In this document: positions 12,870 through 24,800 of the stretch, one piece after another
Layout of the letters: each line of letters opens with the position of its first letter
Position numbering within the stretch: position 1 is the stretch's first letter
Assembly: GCA_964016885.1 (NCBI GenBank)
Contig: OZ024757.1
Location: forward strand, 10,230,001-10,294,000
DNA from: Eledone cirrhosa
Lineage: Eukaryota
Length of the DNA: 64,000 bases
Reading direction: 5' to 3'
Notes under the pieces: generated by a model
What the model saw: the letters and a program-made list of their open reading frames with translations, nothing else
Databases searched by the model: none
Told to the model about the DNA's origin: nothing
Made by a program: the position numbers and the translations under genes

Positions 12870-15800
12870 GTTAAGTTGGGGTTGAGTTAAGTTGGGGTTG
12901 AGTTAAGTTGTGGTTGATTTAAGTTGGGGTTGAGTTAAGTTGGGGTCGAGTTAAGTTGGGGTTGAGTTAAGTTGGGGTTAAGTTAAGTTGGGGTTAAGTT
13001 AAGTTGGGGTTAAGTTAAGTTTGGTTTAAGTTAAGTTGTGGTTAATTTAAGTTGGGGTTAAGTTAAGTTGGGGTTAAGTTAAGTTGGTGTTAAGGTAAGT
13101 TGGGGTTAAGTTAAGTTGGGGTTAAGTTAAGTTGGGGTTAAGTTAAGTTGGGGTTAACTTAAGTTGGGGTTAACTTAAGTTGGGGTTAAGTTGGGGTTAA
13201 CTTAAGTTGGGGTTAAGTTGGGGTTAACTTAAGTTGGGGTTAAGTTAAGTTGGGGTTGAGTTAAGTTGGGGTTGATTTAACTTGGGGTTGAGTTAAGTTG
13301 GAGTCGAGTTAAGTTGGGGTTGAGTTAAGTTGGGGTTAAATTAAGTTGGGGTTAAGTTAAGTTGAAGTTAAGTTAAGTTGGGGTTAAGTTAAGTTGGGGT
13401 TAAGTTAAGTTGGCGTTAAATTAAATTGGGGTTAAGTTAAGTTGGGGTTACGTTAAGTTGGGGTTAAGTTAAGTTGGGGTTAAGTCAAGTTGGGGTTAAA
13501 TCAAGTTGGGGTTAACTTAAGTTTGGATTAACTTAAGTTGGGTTAACTTAAGTTGGGGTTAAGTTGGGCTTAACTTAAGTTGGGGTTAAGTTAAGTTGGG
13601 GTTGAGTTAAGTTGGGGTTGAGTTAAGTTGGGGTTGAGTTAAGTTGGGGTTGAGTTAAGTTGGGGTCGAGTTAAGTTGGGGTTGCGTTAAGTTGGGGTTA
13701 AGTTAAGTTGGGGTTAAGTTAAGTTGGGGTTAAGTTAAGTTGGGATAAGGTTAAGTTGGGGTTAAGTTAAGTTGGGGTTAAGTTAAGTCGGAGTAAAGTT
13801 AAGTTGGGGTTAAGTTAAGTTGGGGGTAAGTTAAGTTGTGGTTAAGTTAAGTTGGGGTTAAGTTGGGGTTAAGTTAAGTTGGGGTTGAGTTAAGTTGGGG
13901 TTGAATTAAGTTGGGATTGAGTTAAGTTGGAGTTAAGTTAAGTTGGGGTTAAGTTAAGTTGGGGTTAAGTTAAGTTGGCGTTAAATTAAGTTGGGGTTAA
14001 GTTAAGTTGGGGTTACGTTAAGTTGGGGTTAAGTTAAGTTGGGGTTAAGTCAAGTTGGGGTTAAATCAAGTTGGGGTTAACTTAAGTTTGGATTAACTTA
14101 AGTTGGGTTAACTTAAGTTGGGATTAAGTTGGGGTTAACTTAAGTTGGGGTTAAGTTAAGTTGGGGTTGAGTTAAGTTGGGGTTGAGTTAAGTTGGGGTT
14201 GAGTTAAGTTGGGGTTAAGTTAAGTTGGGGTTAATTTAAGTTGGGGTTAAGTTAAGTTGGGATTAGATTAGGTAGGAGTTAAGTTAAGTTGGGGTTAAGT
14301 TAAGTTGTGGTTAAGTTAAGTTGGGGTTAAGTTAAGTTGGGGTTAAGTTAAGTTGGGGTTAACTTAAGTTGGGGTTAAGTTAAGTTGAGGCTAAGTTAAG
14401 TTGGGGCTGAGTTAACTTGGGGTTAAGTTAAGTTGGGGTTAAGTTAAGTTGGGGTTAAGTTAAGTTGGGGTTAAGTTAAGTTGGGGTTAAGTTAAGTTGG
14501 GGTTAAGTTAAGTTGGGGTTAAGTTAAGTTGGAGTTAAGTTAAGTTGGGGTTAAGTCAAGTTGGGGTTGAGTTAATTTGGGGTTAAGTTAAGTTGGGGTT
14601 AAGTTAAGTTGGAGTTAAGTTAAGTTGGGGTTAAGTCAAGTTGGGGTTGAGTTAATTTGGGGTTGAATTAAGTTGGGGTTAGGTTAAGTTGGGGTTAAGT
14701 TAAGTTTGGTTTAAGTTAAGTTGGGGTTAAGTTAAGTTGGGGTTAAGTTACTTTGGGGTTAAGTTAAGTTGGGGTTGAGTTAAGTTGGGGTTGATTTAAG
14801 TTGGGGTTGAATTAAGTTGGGGTCGAGTTAAGTTGGGGTTGAGTTAAGTTGGGGTTAAGTTAAGTTGGGGTTAAGTTAAGTTGGAGTTAAGTTAAGTTGG
14901 GGTTAAGTTAAGTTGGGGTTAAGTTAAGTCGGAGTAAAGTTAAGTTGGGGTTAAGTTAAGTTGGGGGTAAGTTAAGTTGTGGTTAAGTTAAGTTGGGGTT
15001 AAGTTGGGGTTAAGTTAAGTTGGGGTTGAGTTAAGTTGGGGTTGAATTAAGTTGGGATTGAGTTAAGTTGGAGTTAAGTTAAGTTGGGGTTAAGTTAAGT
15101 TGGGGTTAAGTTAAGTTGGCGTTAAATTAAGTTGGGGTTAAGTTAAGTTGGGGTTACGTTAAGTTGGGGATAAGTTAAGTTGGGGTTAAGTTAAGTTGGG
15201 GTTAAATCAAGTTGGGGTTAACTTAAGTTTGGATTAACTTAAGTTGGGTTAACTTAAGTTGGGATTAAGTTGGGGTTAACTTAAGTTGGGGTTAAGTTAA
15301 GTTGGCGTTGAGTTAAGTTGGGGTTGAGTTAAGTTGGGGTTGAGTTAAGTTGGGGTTGAGTTAAGTTGGGGTCGAGTTAAGTTGGGGTTGAGTTAAGTTG
15401 GGGTTAAGTTAAGTTGGGGTTAAGTTAAGTTGGGGTTAAGTTAAGTTGGGATTAGATTAAGTAGGAGTTAAGTTAAGTTGGGGTTAAGTTAAGTTGTGGT
15501 TAAGTTAAGTTGGGGTTAAGTTAAGTTGGGGTTAAGTTAAGTTGGGGTTAACTTAAGTTGGAGTTAAGTTAAGTTGGGGTTAAGTTAAATTTGGTTTAAG
15601 TTAAGTTGGGGTTAAGTTAAGTTGGGGTTAAGTTAAGTTGGGATTAGATTAAGTTGGGGTTAAGTTAAGTTGGGGTTGAGTTAAGTTGGGGTTAAGTTAA
15701 GTTGGCGTTAAGTTAAGTTGGGGTTAAGTTAAGTTGGGGTTAAGTTAAGTTGGGGTTAATTTAAGTTGGGGTTAAGTTAAGTTGGGGTTAATTTAAGTTG

Positions 15801-18800
15801 GGGTTAAGTTAAGTTGGGGTTAAGTTAAGTTGGAGTTAAGTTAAGTTGGGGTTAAGTCAAGTTGGGGTTGAGTTAATTTGGGGTTAAGTTAAGTTGGGGT
15901 TAAGTTAAGTTGGAGTTAAGTTAAGTTGGGGTTAAGTCAAGTTGGGGTTGAGTTAATTTGGGGTTGAATTAAGTTGGGGTTAGGTTAAGTTGGGGTTAAG
16001 TTAAGTTTGGTTTAAGTTAAGTTGGGGTTAAGTTAAGTTGGGGTTAAGTTAAGTTGGGGTTAAGTTAAGTTGGGGTTGATTTAAGTTGGGGTTGATTTAA
16101 GTTGGGGTTGAATTAAGTTGGGGTCGAGTTAAGTTGGGGTTGAGTTAAGTTGGGGTTAAGTTAAGTTGGGGTTAAGTTAAGTTGGAGTTAAGTTAAGTTG
16201 GGGTTAAGTTAAGTTGGGGTTAAGTTAAGTCGGAGTAAAGTTAAGTTGGGGTTAAGTTAAGTTGGGGGTAAGTTAAGTTGTGGTTAAGTTAAGTTGGGGT
16301 TAATTTGGGGTTAAGTTAAGTTGGGGTTGAGTTAAGTTGGGGTTGAGTTAAGTTGGGGTTGATTTAAGTTGGGGTTGAGTTAAGTTGGGGTCGAGTTAAG
16401 TTGGGGTTGAGTTAAGTTGGGGTTAAGTTAAGTTGGGGTTATGTTAAGTTGGGGTTAAGTTAAGTTTGGTTTAAGTTAAGTTGTGGTTAATTTAAGTTGG
16501 GGTTAAGTTAAGTTGGGGTTAAGTTAAGTTGGTGTTAAGGTAAGTTGGGGTTAAGTTAAGTTGGGGTTAAGTTAAGTTGGGGTTAAGTTAAGTTGGGGTT
16601 AACTTAAGTTGGGGTTAACTTAAGTTGGGGTTAAGTTGGGGTTAACTTAAGTTGGGGTTAAGTTGGGGTTAACTTAAGTTGGGGTTAAGTTAAGTTGGGG
16701 TTGAGTTAAGTTGGGGTTGATTTAACTTGGGGTTGAGTTAAGTTGGAGTCGAGTTAAGTTGGGGTTGAGTTAAGTTGGGGTTAAATTAAGTTGGGGTTAA
16801 GTTAAGTTGAAGTTAAGTTAAGTTGGGGTTAAGTTAAGTTGGGGTTAAGTTAAGTTGGCGTTAAATTAAATTGGGGTTAAGTTAAGTTGGGGTTACGTTA
16901 AGTTGGGGTTAAGTTAAGTTGGGGTTAAGTCAAGTTGGGGTTAAATCAAGTTGGGGTTAACTTAAGTTTGGATTAACTTAAGTTGGGTTAACTTAAGTTG
17001 GGGTTAAGTTGGGCTTAACTTAAGTTGGGGTTAAGTTAAGTTGGGGTTGAGTTAAGTTGGGGTTGAGTTAAGTTGGGGTTGAGTTAAGTTGGGGTTGAGT
17101 TAAGTTGGGGTCGAGTTAAGTTGGGGTTGCGTTAAGTTGGGGTTAAGTTAAGTTGGGGTTAAGTTAAGTTGGGGTTAAGTTAAGTTGGGATAAGGTTAAG
17201 TTGGGGTTAAGTTAAGTTGGGGTTAAGTTAAGTCGGAGTAAAGTTAAGTTGGGGTTAAGTTAAGTTGGGGGTAAGTTAAGTTGTGGTTAAGTTAAGTTGG
17301 GGTTAAGTTGGGGTTAAGTTAAGTTGGGGTTGAGTTAAGTTGGGGTTGAATTAAGTTGGGATTGAGTTAAGTTGGAGTTAAGTTAAGTTGGGGTTAAGTT
17401 AAGTTGGGGTTAAGTTAAGTTGGCGTTAAATTAAGTTGGGGTTAAGTTAAGTTGGGGTTACGTTAAGTTGGGGTTAAGTTAAGTTGGGGTTAAGTCAAGT
17501 TGGGGTTAAATCAAGTTGGGGTTAACTTAAGTTTGGATTAACTTAAGTTGGGTTAACTTAAGTTGGGATTAAGTTGGGGTTAACTTAAGTTGGGGTTAAG
17601 TTAAGTTGGGGTTGAGTTAAGTTGGGGTTGAGTTAAGTTGGGGTTGAGTTAAGTTGGGGTTAAGTTAAGTTGGGGTTAATTTAAGTTGGGGTTAAGTTAA
17701 GTTGGGATTAGATTAGGTAGGAGTTAAGTTAAGTTGGGGTTAAGTTAAGTTGTGGTTAAGTTAAGTTGGGGTTAAGTTAAGTTGGGGTTAAGTTAAGTTG
17801 GGGTTAACTTAAGTTGGGGTTAAGTTAAGTTGAGGCTAAGTTAAGTTGGGGCTGAGTTAACTTGGGGTTAAGTTAAGTTGGGGTTAAGTTAAGTTGGGGT
17901 TAAGTTAAGTTGGGGTTAAGTTAAGTTGGGGTTAAGTTAAGTTGGGGTTAAGTTAAGTTGGGGTTAAGTTAAGTTGGAGTTAAGTTAAGTTGGGGTTAAT
18001 TCAAGTTGGGGTTGAGTTAATTTGGGGTTAAGTTAAGTTGGGGTTAAGTTAAGTTGGAGTTAAGTTAAGTTGGGGTTAAGTCAAGTTGGGGTTGAGTTAA
18101 TTTGGGGTTGAATTAAGTTGGGGTTAGGTTAAGTTGGGGTTAAGTTAAGTTTGGTTTAAGTTAAGTTGGGGTTAAGTTAAGTTGGGGTTAAGTTACTTTG
18201 GGGTTAAGTTAAGTTGGGGTTGAGTTAAGTTGGGGTTGATTTAAGTTGGGGTTGAATTAAGTTGGGGTCGAGTTAAGTTGGGGTTGAGTTAAGTTGGGGT
18301 TAAGTTAAGTTGGGGTTAAGTTAAGTTGGAGTTAAGTTAAGTTGGGGTTAAGTTAAGTTGGGGTTAAGTTAAGTCGGAGTAAAGTTAAGTTGGGGTTAAG
18401 TTAAGTTGGGGGTAAGTTAAGTTGTGGTTAAGTTAAGTTGGGGTTAAGTTGGGGTTAAGTTAAGTTGGGGTTGAGTTAAGTTGGGGTTGAATTAAGTTGG
18501 GATTGAGTTAAGTTGGAGTTAAGTTAAGTTGGGGTTAAGTTAAGTTGGGGTTAAGTTAAGTTGGCGTTAAATTAAGTTGGGGTTAAGTTAAGTTGGGGTT
18601 ACGTTAAGTTGGGGATAAGTTAAGTTGGGGTCAAGTTAAGTTGGGGTTAAATCAAGTTGGGGTTAACTTAAGTTTGGATTAACTTAAGTTGGGTTAACTT
18701 AAGTTGGGATTAAGTTGGGGTTAACTTAAGTTGGGGTTAAGTTAAGTTGGCGTTGAGTTAAGTTGGGGTTGAGTTAAGTTGGGGTTGAGTTAAGTTGGGG

Positions 18801-21800
18801 TTGAGTTAAGTTGGGGTCGAGTTAAGTTGGGGTTGAGTTAAGTTGGGGTTAAGTTAAGTTGGGGTTAAGTTAAGTTGGGGTTAAGTTAAGTTGGGATTAG
18901 ATTAAGTAGGAGTTAAGTTAAGTTGGGGTTAAGTTAAGTTGTGGTTAAGTTAAGTTGGGGTTAAGTTAAGTTGGGGTTAAGTTAAGTTGGGGTTAACTTA
19001 AGTTGGAGTTAAGTTAAGTTGGGGTTAAGTTAAATTTGGTTTAAGTTAAGTTGGGGTTAAGTTAAGTTGGGGTTAAGTTAAGTTGGGATTAGATTAAGTT
19101 GGGGTTAAGTTAAGTTGGGGTTGAGTTAAGTTGGGGTTAAGTTAAGTTGGCGTTAAGTTAAGTTGGGGTTAAGTTAAGTTGGGGTTAAGTTAAGTTGGGG
19201 TTAATTTAAGTTGGGGTTAAGTTAAGTTGGGGTTAATTTAAGTTGGGGTTAAGTCAAGTTGGGGTTGAGTTAATTTGGGGTTAAGTTAAGTTGGGGTTAA
19301 GTTAAGTTGGAGTTAAGTTAAGTTGGGGTTAAGTCAAGTTGGGGATGAGTTAATTTGGGGTTGAATTAAGTTGGGGTTAGGTTAAGTTGGGGTTAAGTTA
19401 AGTTTGGTTTAAGTTAAGTTGGGGTTAAGTTAAGTTGGGGTTAAGTTAAGTTGGGGTTAAGTTAAGTTGGGGTTGATTTAAGTTGGGGTTGATTTAAGTT
19501 GGGGTTGAATTAAGTTGGGGTCGAGTTAAGTTGGGGTTGAGTTAAGTTGGGGTTAAGTTAAGTTGGGGTTAAGTTAAGTTGGAGTTAAGTTAAGTTGGGG
19601 TTAAGTTAAGTTGGGGTTAAGTTAAGTCGGAGTAAAGTTAAGTTGGGGTTAAGTTAAGTTGGGGGTAAGTTAAGTTGTGGTTAAGTTAAGTTGGGGTTAA
19701 TTTGGGGTTAAGTTAAGTTGGGGTTGAGTTAAGTTGGGGTTGAGTTAAGTTGGGGTTGATTTAAGTTGGGGTTGAGTTAAGTTGGGGTCGAGTTAAGTTG
19801 GGGTTGAGTTAAGTTGGGGTTAAGTTAAGTTGGGGTTAAGTTAAGTTGGGGTTAAGTTAAGTTTGGTTTAAGTTAAGTTGTGGTTAATTTAAGTTGGGGT
19901 TAAGTTAAGTTGGGGTTAAGTTAAGTTGGTGTTAAGGTAAGTTGGCGTTAAGTTAAGTTGGGGTTAAGTTAAGTTGGGGTTAAGTTAAGTTGGGGTTAAC
20001 TTAAGTTGGGGTTAACTTAAGTTGGGGTTAAGTTGGGGTTAACTTAAGTTGGGGTTAAGTTGGGGTTAACTTAAGTTGGGGTTAAGTTAAGTTGGGGTTG
20101 AGTTAAGTTGGGGTTGATTTAACTTGGGGTTGAGTTAAGTTGGAGTCGAGTTAAGTTGGGGTTGAGTTAAGTTGGGGTTAAATTAAGTTGGGGTTAAGTT
20201 AAGTTGAAGTTAAGTTAAGTTGGGGTTAAGTTAAGTTGGGGTTAAGTTAAGTTGGCGTTAAATTAAATTGGGGTTAAGTTAAGTTGGGGTTACGTTAAGT
20301 TGGGGTTAAGTTAAGTTGGGGTTAAGTCAAGTTGGGGTTAAATCAAGTTGGGGTTAACTTAAGTTTGGATTAACTTAAGTTGGGTTAACTTAAGTTGGGG
20401 TTAAGTTGGGCTTAACTTAAGTTGGGGTTAAGTTAAGTTGGGGTTGAGTTAAGTTGGGGTTGAGTTAAGTTGGGGTTGAGTTAAGTTGGGGTTGAGTTAA
20501 GTTGGGGTCGAGTTAAGTTGGGGTTGCGTTAAGTTGGGGTTAAGTTAAGTTGGGGTTAAGTTAAGTTGGGGTTAAGTTAAGTTGGGATAAGGTTAAGTTG
20601 GGGTTAAGTTAAGTTGGGGTTAAGTTAAGTCGGAGTAAAGTTAAGTTGGGGTTAAGTTAAGTTAGGGGGTAAGTTAAGTTGTGGTTAAGTTAAGTTGGGG
20701 TTAAGTTGGGGTTAAGTTAAGTTGGGGTTGAGTTAAGTTGGGGTTGAATTAAGTTGGGATTGAGTTAAGTTGGAGTTAAGTTAAGTTGGGGTTAAGTTAA
20801 GTTGGGGTTAAGTTAAGTTGGCGTTAAATTAAGTTGGGGTTAAGTTAAGTTGGGGTTACGTTAAGTTGGGGTTAAGTTAAGTTGGGGTTAAGTCAAGTTG
20901 GGGTTAAATCAAGTTGGGGTTAACTTAAGTTTGGATTAACTTAAGTTGGGTTAACTTAAGTTGGGATTAAGTTGGGGTTAACTTAAGTTGGGGTTAAGTT
21001 AAGTTGGGGTTGAGTTAAGTTGGGGTTGAGTTAAGTTGGGGTTGAGTTAAGTTGGGGTTAAGTTAAGTTGGGGTTAATTTAAGTTGGGGTTAAGTTAAGT
21101 TGGGATTAGATTAGGTAGGAGTTAAGTTAAGTTGGGGTTAAGTTAAGTTGTGGTTAAGTTAAGTTGGGGTTAAGTTAAGTTGGGGTTAAGTTAAGTTGGG
21201 GTTAACTTAAGTTGGGGTTAAGTTAAGTTGAGGCTAAGTTAAGTTGGGGCTGAGTTAACTTGGGGTTAAGTTAAGTTGGGGTTAAGTTAAGTTGGGGTTA
21301 AGTTAAGTTGGGGTTAAGTTAAGTTGGGGTTAAGTTAAGTTGGGGTTAAGTTAAGTTGGGGTTAAGTTAAGTTGGAGTTAAGTTAAGTTGGGGTTAAGTC
21401 AAGTTGGGGTTGAGTTAATTTGGGGTTAAGTTAAGTTGGGGTTAAGTTAAGTTGGAGTTAAGTTAAGTTGGGGTTAAGTCAAGTTGGGGTTGAGTTAATT
21501 TGGGGTTGAATTAAGTTGGGGTTAGGTTAAGTTGGGGTTAAGTTAAGTTTGGTTTAAGTTAAGTTGGGGTTAAGTTAAGTTGGGGTTAAGTTACTTTGGG
21601 GTTAAGTTAAGTTGGGGTTGAGTTAAGTTGGGGTTGATTTAAGTTGGGGTTGAATTAAGTTGGGGTCGAGTTAAGTTGGGGTTGAGTTAAGTTGGGGTTA
21701 AGTTAAGTTGGGGTTAAGTTAAGTTGGAGTTAAGTTAAGTTGGGGTTAAGTTAAGTTGGGGTTAAGTTAAGTCGGAGTAAAGTTAAGTTGGGGTTAAGTT

Positions 21801-24800
21801 AAGTTGGGGGTAAGTTAAGTTGTGGTTAAGTTAAGTTGGGGTTAAGTTGGGGTTAAGTTAAGTTGGGGTTGAGTTAAGTTGGGGTTGAATTAAGTTGGGA
21901 TTGAGTTAAGTTGGAGTTAAGTTAAGTTGGGGTTAAGTTAAGTTGGGGTTAAGTTAAGTTGGCGTTAAATTAAGTTGGGGTTAAGTTAAGTTGGGGTTAC
22001 GTTAAGTTGGGGATAAGTTAAGTTGGGGTTAAGTTAAGTTGGGGTTAAATCAAGTTGGGGTTAACTTAAGTTTGGATTAACTTAAGTTGGGTTAACTTAA
22101 GTTGGGATTAAGTTGGGGTTAACTTAAGTTGGGGTTAAGTTAAGTTGGCGTTGAGTTAAGTTGGGGTTGAGTTAAGTTGGGGTTGAGTTAAGTTGGGGTT
22201 GAGTTAAGTTGGGGTCGAGTTAAGTTGGGGTTGAGTTAAGTTGGGGTTAAGTTAAGTTGGGGTTAAGTTAAGTTGGGGTTAAGTTAAGTTGGGATTAGAT
22301 TAAGTAGGAGTTAAATTAAGTTGGGGTTAAGTTAAGTTGTGGTTAAGTTAAGTTGGGGTTAAGTTAAGTTGGGGTTAAGTTAAGTTGGGGTTAACTTAAG
22401 TTGGAGTTAAGTTAAGTTGGGGTTAAGTTAAATTTGGTTTAAGTTAAGTTGGGGTTAAGTTAAGTTGGGGTTAAGTTAAGTTGGGATTAGATTAAGTTGG
22501 GGTTAAGTTAAGTTGGGGTTGAGTTAAGTTGGGGTTAAGTTAAGTTGGCGTTAAGTTAAGTTGGGGTTAAGTTAAGTTGGGGTTAAGTTAAGTTGGGGTT
22601 AATTTAAGTTGGGGTTAAGTTAAGTTGGGGTTAATTTAAGTTGGGGTTAAGTTAAGTTGGGGTTAAGTTAAGTTGGAGTTAAGTTAAGTTGGGGTTAAGT
22701 CAAGTTGGGGTTGAGTTAATTTGGGGTTAAGTTAAGTTGGGGTTAAGTTAAGTTGGAGTTAAGTTAAGTTGGGGTTAAGTCAAGTTGGGGTTGAGTTAAT
22801 TTGGGGTTGAATTAAGTTGGGGTTAGGTTAAGTTGGGGTTAAGTTAAGTTTGGTTTAAGTTAAGTTGGGGTTAAGTTAAGTTGGGGTTAAGTTAAGTTGG
22901 GGTTGATTTAAGTTGGGGTTGATTTAAGTTGGGGTTGAATTAAGTTGGGGTCGAGTTAAGTTGGGGTTGAGTTAAGTTGGGGTTAAGTTAAGTTGGGGTT
23001 AAGTTAAGTTGGAGTTAAGTTAAGTTGGGGTTAAGTTAAGTTGGGGTTAAGTTAAGTCGGAGTAAAGTTAAGTTGGGGTTAAGTTAAGTTGGGGGTAAGT
23101 TAAGTTGTGGTTAAGTTAAGTTGGGGTTAATTTGGGGTTAAGTTAAGTTGGGGTTGAGTTAAGTTGGGGTTGAGTTAAGTTGGGGTTGATTTAAGTTGGG
23201 GTTGAGTTAAGTTGGGGTCGAGTTAAGTTGGGGTTGAGTTAAGTTGGGGTTAAGTTAAGTTGGGGTTATGTTAAGTTGGGGTTAAGTTAAGTTTGGTTTA
23301 AGTTAAGTTGTGGTTAATTTAAGTTGGGGTTAAGTTAAGTTGGGGTTAAGTTAAGTTGGTGTTAAGGTAAGTTGGGGTTAAGTTAAGTTGGGGTTAAGTT
23401 AAGTTGGGGTTAAGTTAAGTTGGGGTTAACTTAAGTTGGGGTTAACTTAAGTTGGGGTTAAGTTGGGGTTAACTTAAGTTGGGGTTAAGTTGGGGTTAAC
23501 TTAAGTTGGGGTTAAGTTAAGTTGGGGTTGAGTTAAGTTGGGGTTGATTTAACTTGGGGTTGAGTTAAGTTGGAGTCGAGTTAAGTTGGGGTTGAGTTAA
23601 GTTGGGGTTAAATTAAGTTGGGGTTAAGTTAAGTTGAAGTTAAGTTAAGTTGGGGTTAAGTTAAGTTGGGGTTAAATTAAGTTGGCGTTAAATTAAATTG
23701 GGGTTAAGTTAAGTTGGGGTTACGTTAAGTTGGGGTTAAGTTAAGTTGGGGTTAAGTCAAGTTGGGGTTAAATCAAGTTGGGGTTAACTTAAGTTTGGAT
23801 TAACTTAAGTTGGGTTAACTTAAGTTGGGGTTAAGTTGGGCTTAACTTAAGTTGGGGTTAAGTTAAGTTGGGGTTGAGTTAAGTTGGGGTTGAGTTAAGT
23901 TGGGGTTGAGTTAAGTTGGGGTTGAGTTAAGTTGGGGTCGAGTTAAGTTGGGGTTGCGTTAAGTTGGGGTTAAGTTAAGTTGGGGTTAAGTTAAGTTGGG
24001 GTTAAGTTAAGTTGGGATAAGGTTAAGTTGGGGTTAAGTTAAGTTGGGGTTAAGTTAAGTCGGAGTAAAGTTAAGTTGGGGTTAAGTTAAGTTGGGGGTA
24101 AGTTAAGTTGTGGTTAAGTTAAGTTGGGGTTAAGTTGGGGTTAAGTTAAGTTGGGGTTGAGTTAAGTTGGGGTTGAATTAAGTTGGGATTGAGTTAAGTT
24201 GGAGTTAAGTTAAGTTGGGGTTAAGTTAAGTTGGGGTTAAGTTAAGTTGGCGTTAAATTAAGTTGGGGTTAAGTTAAGTTGGGGTTACGTTAAGTTGGGG
24301 TTAAGTTAAGTTGGGGTTAAGTCAAGTTGGGGTTAAATCAAGTTGGGGTTAACTTAAGTTTGGATTAACTTAAGTTGGGTTAACTTAAGTTGGGATTAAG
24401 TTGGGGTTAACTTAAGTTGGGGTTAAGTTAAGTTGGGGTTGAGTTAAGTTGGGGTTGAGTTAAGTTGGGGTTGAGTTAAGTTGGGGTTAAGTTAAGTTGG
24501 GGTTAATTTAAGTTGGGGTTAAGTTAAGTTGGGATTAGATTAGGTAGGAGTTAAGTTAAGTTGGGGTTAAGTTAAGTTGTGGTTAAGTTAAGTTGGGGTT
24601 AAGTTAAGTTGGGGTTAAGTTAAGTTGGGGTTAACTTAAGTTGGGGTTAAGTTAAGTTGAGGCTAAGTTAAGTTGGGGCTGAGTTAACTTGGGGTTAAGT
24701 TAAGTTGGGGTTAAGTTAAGTTGGGGTTAAGTTAAGTTGGGGTTAAGTTAAGTTGGGGTTAAGTTAAGTTGGGGTTAAGTTAAGTTGGGGTTAAGTTAAG

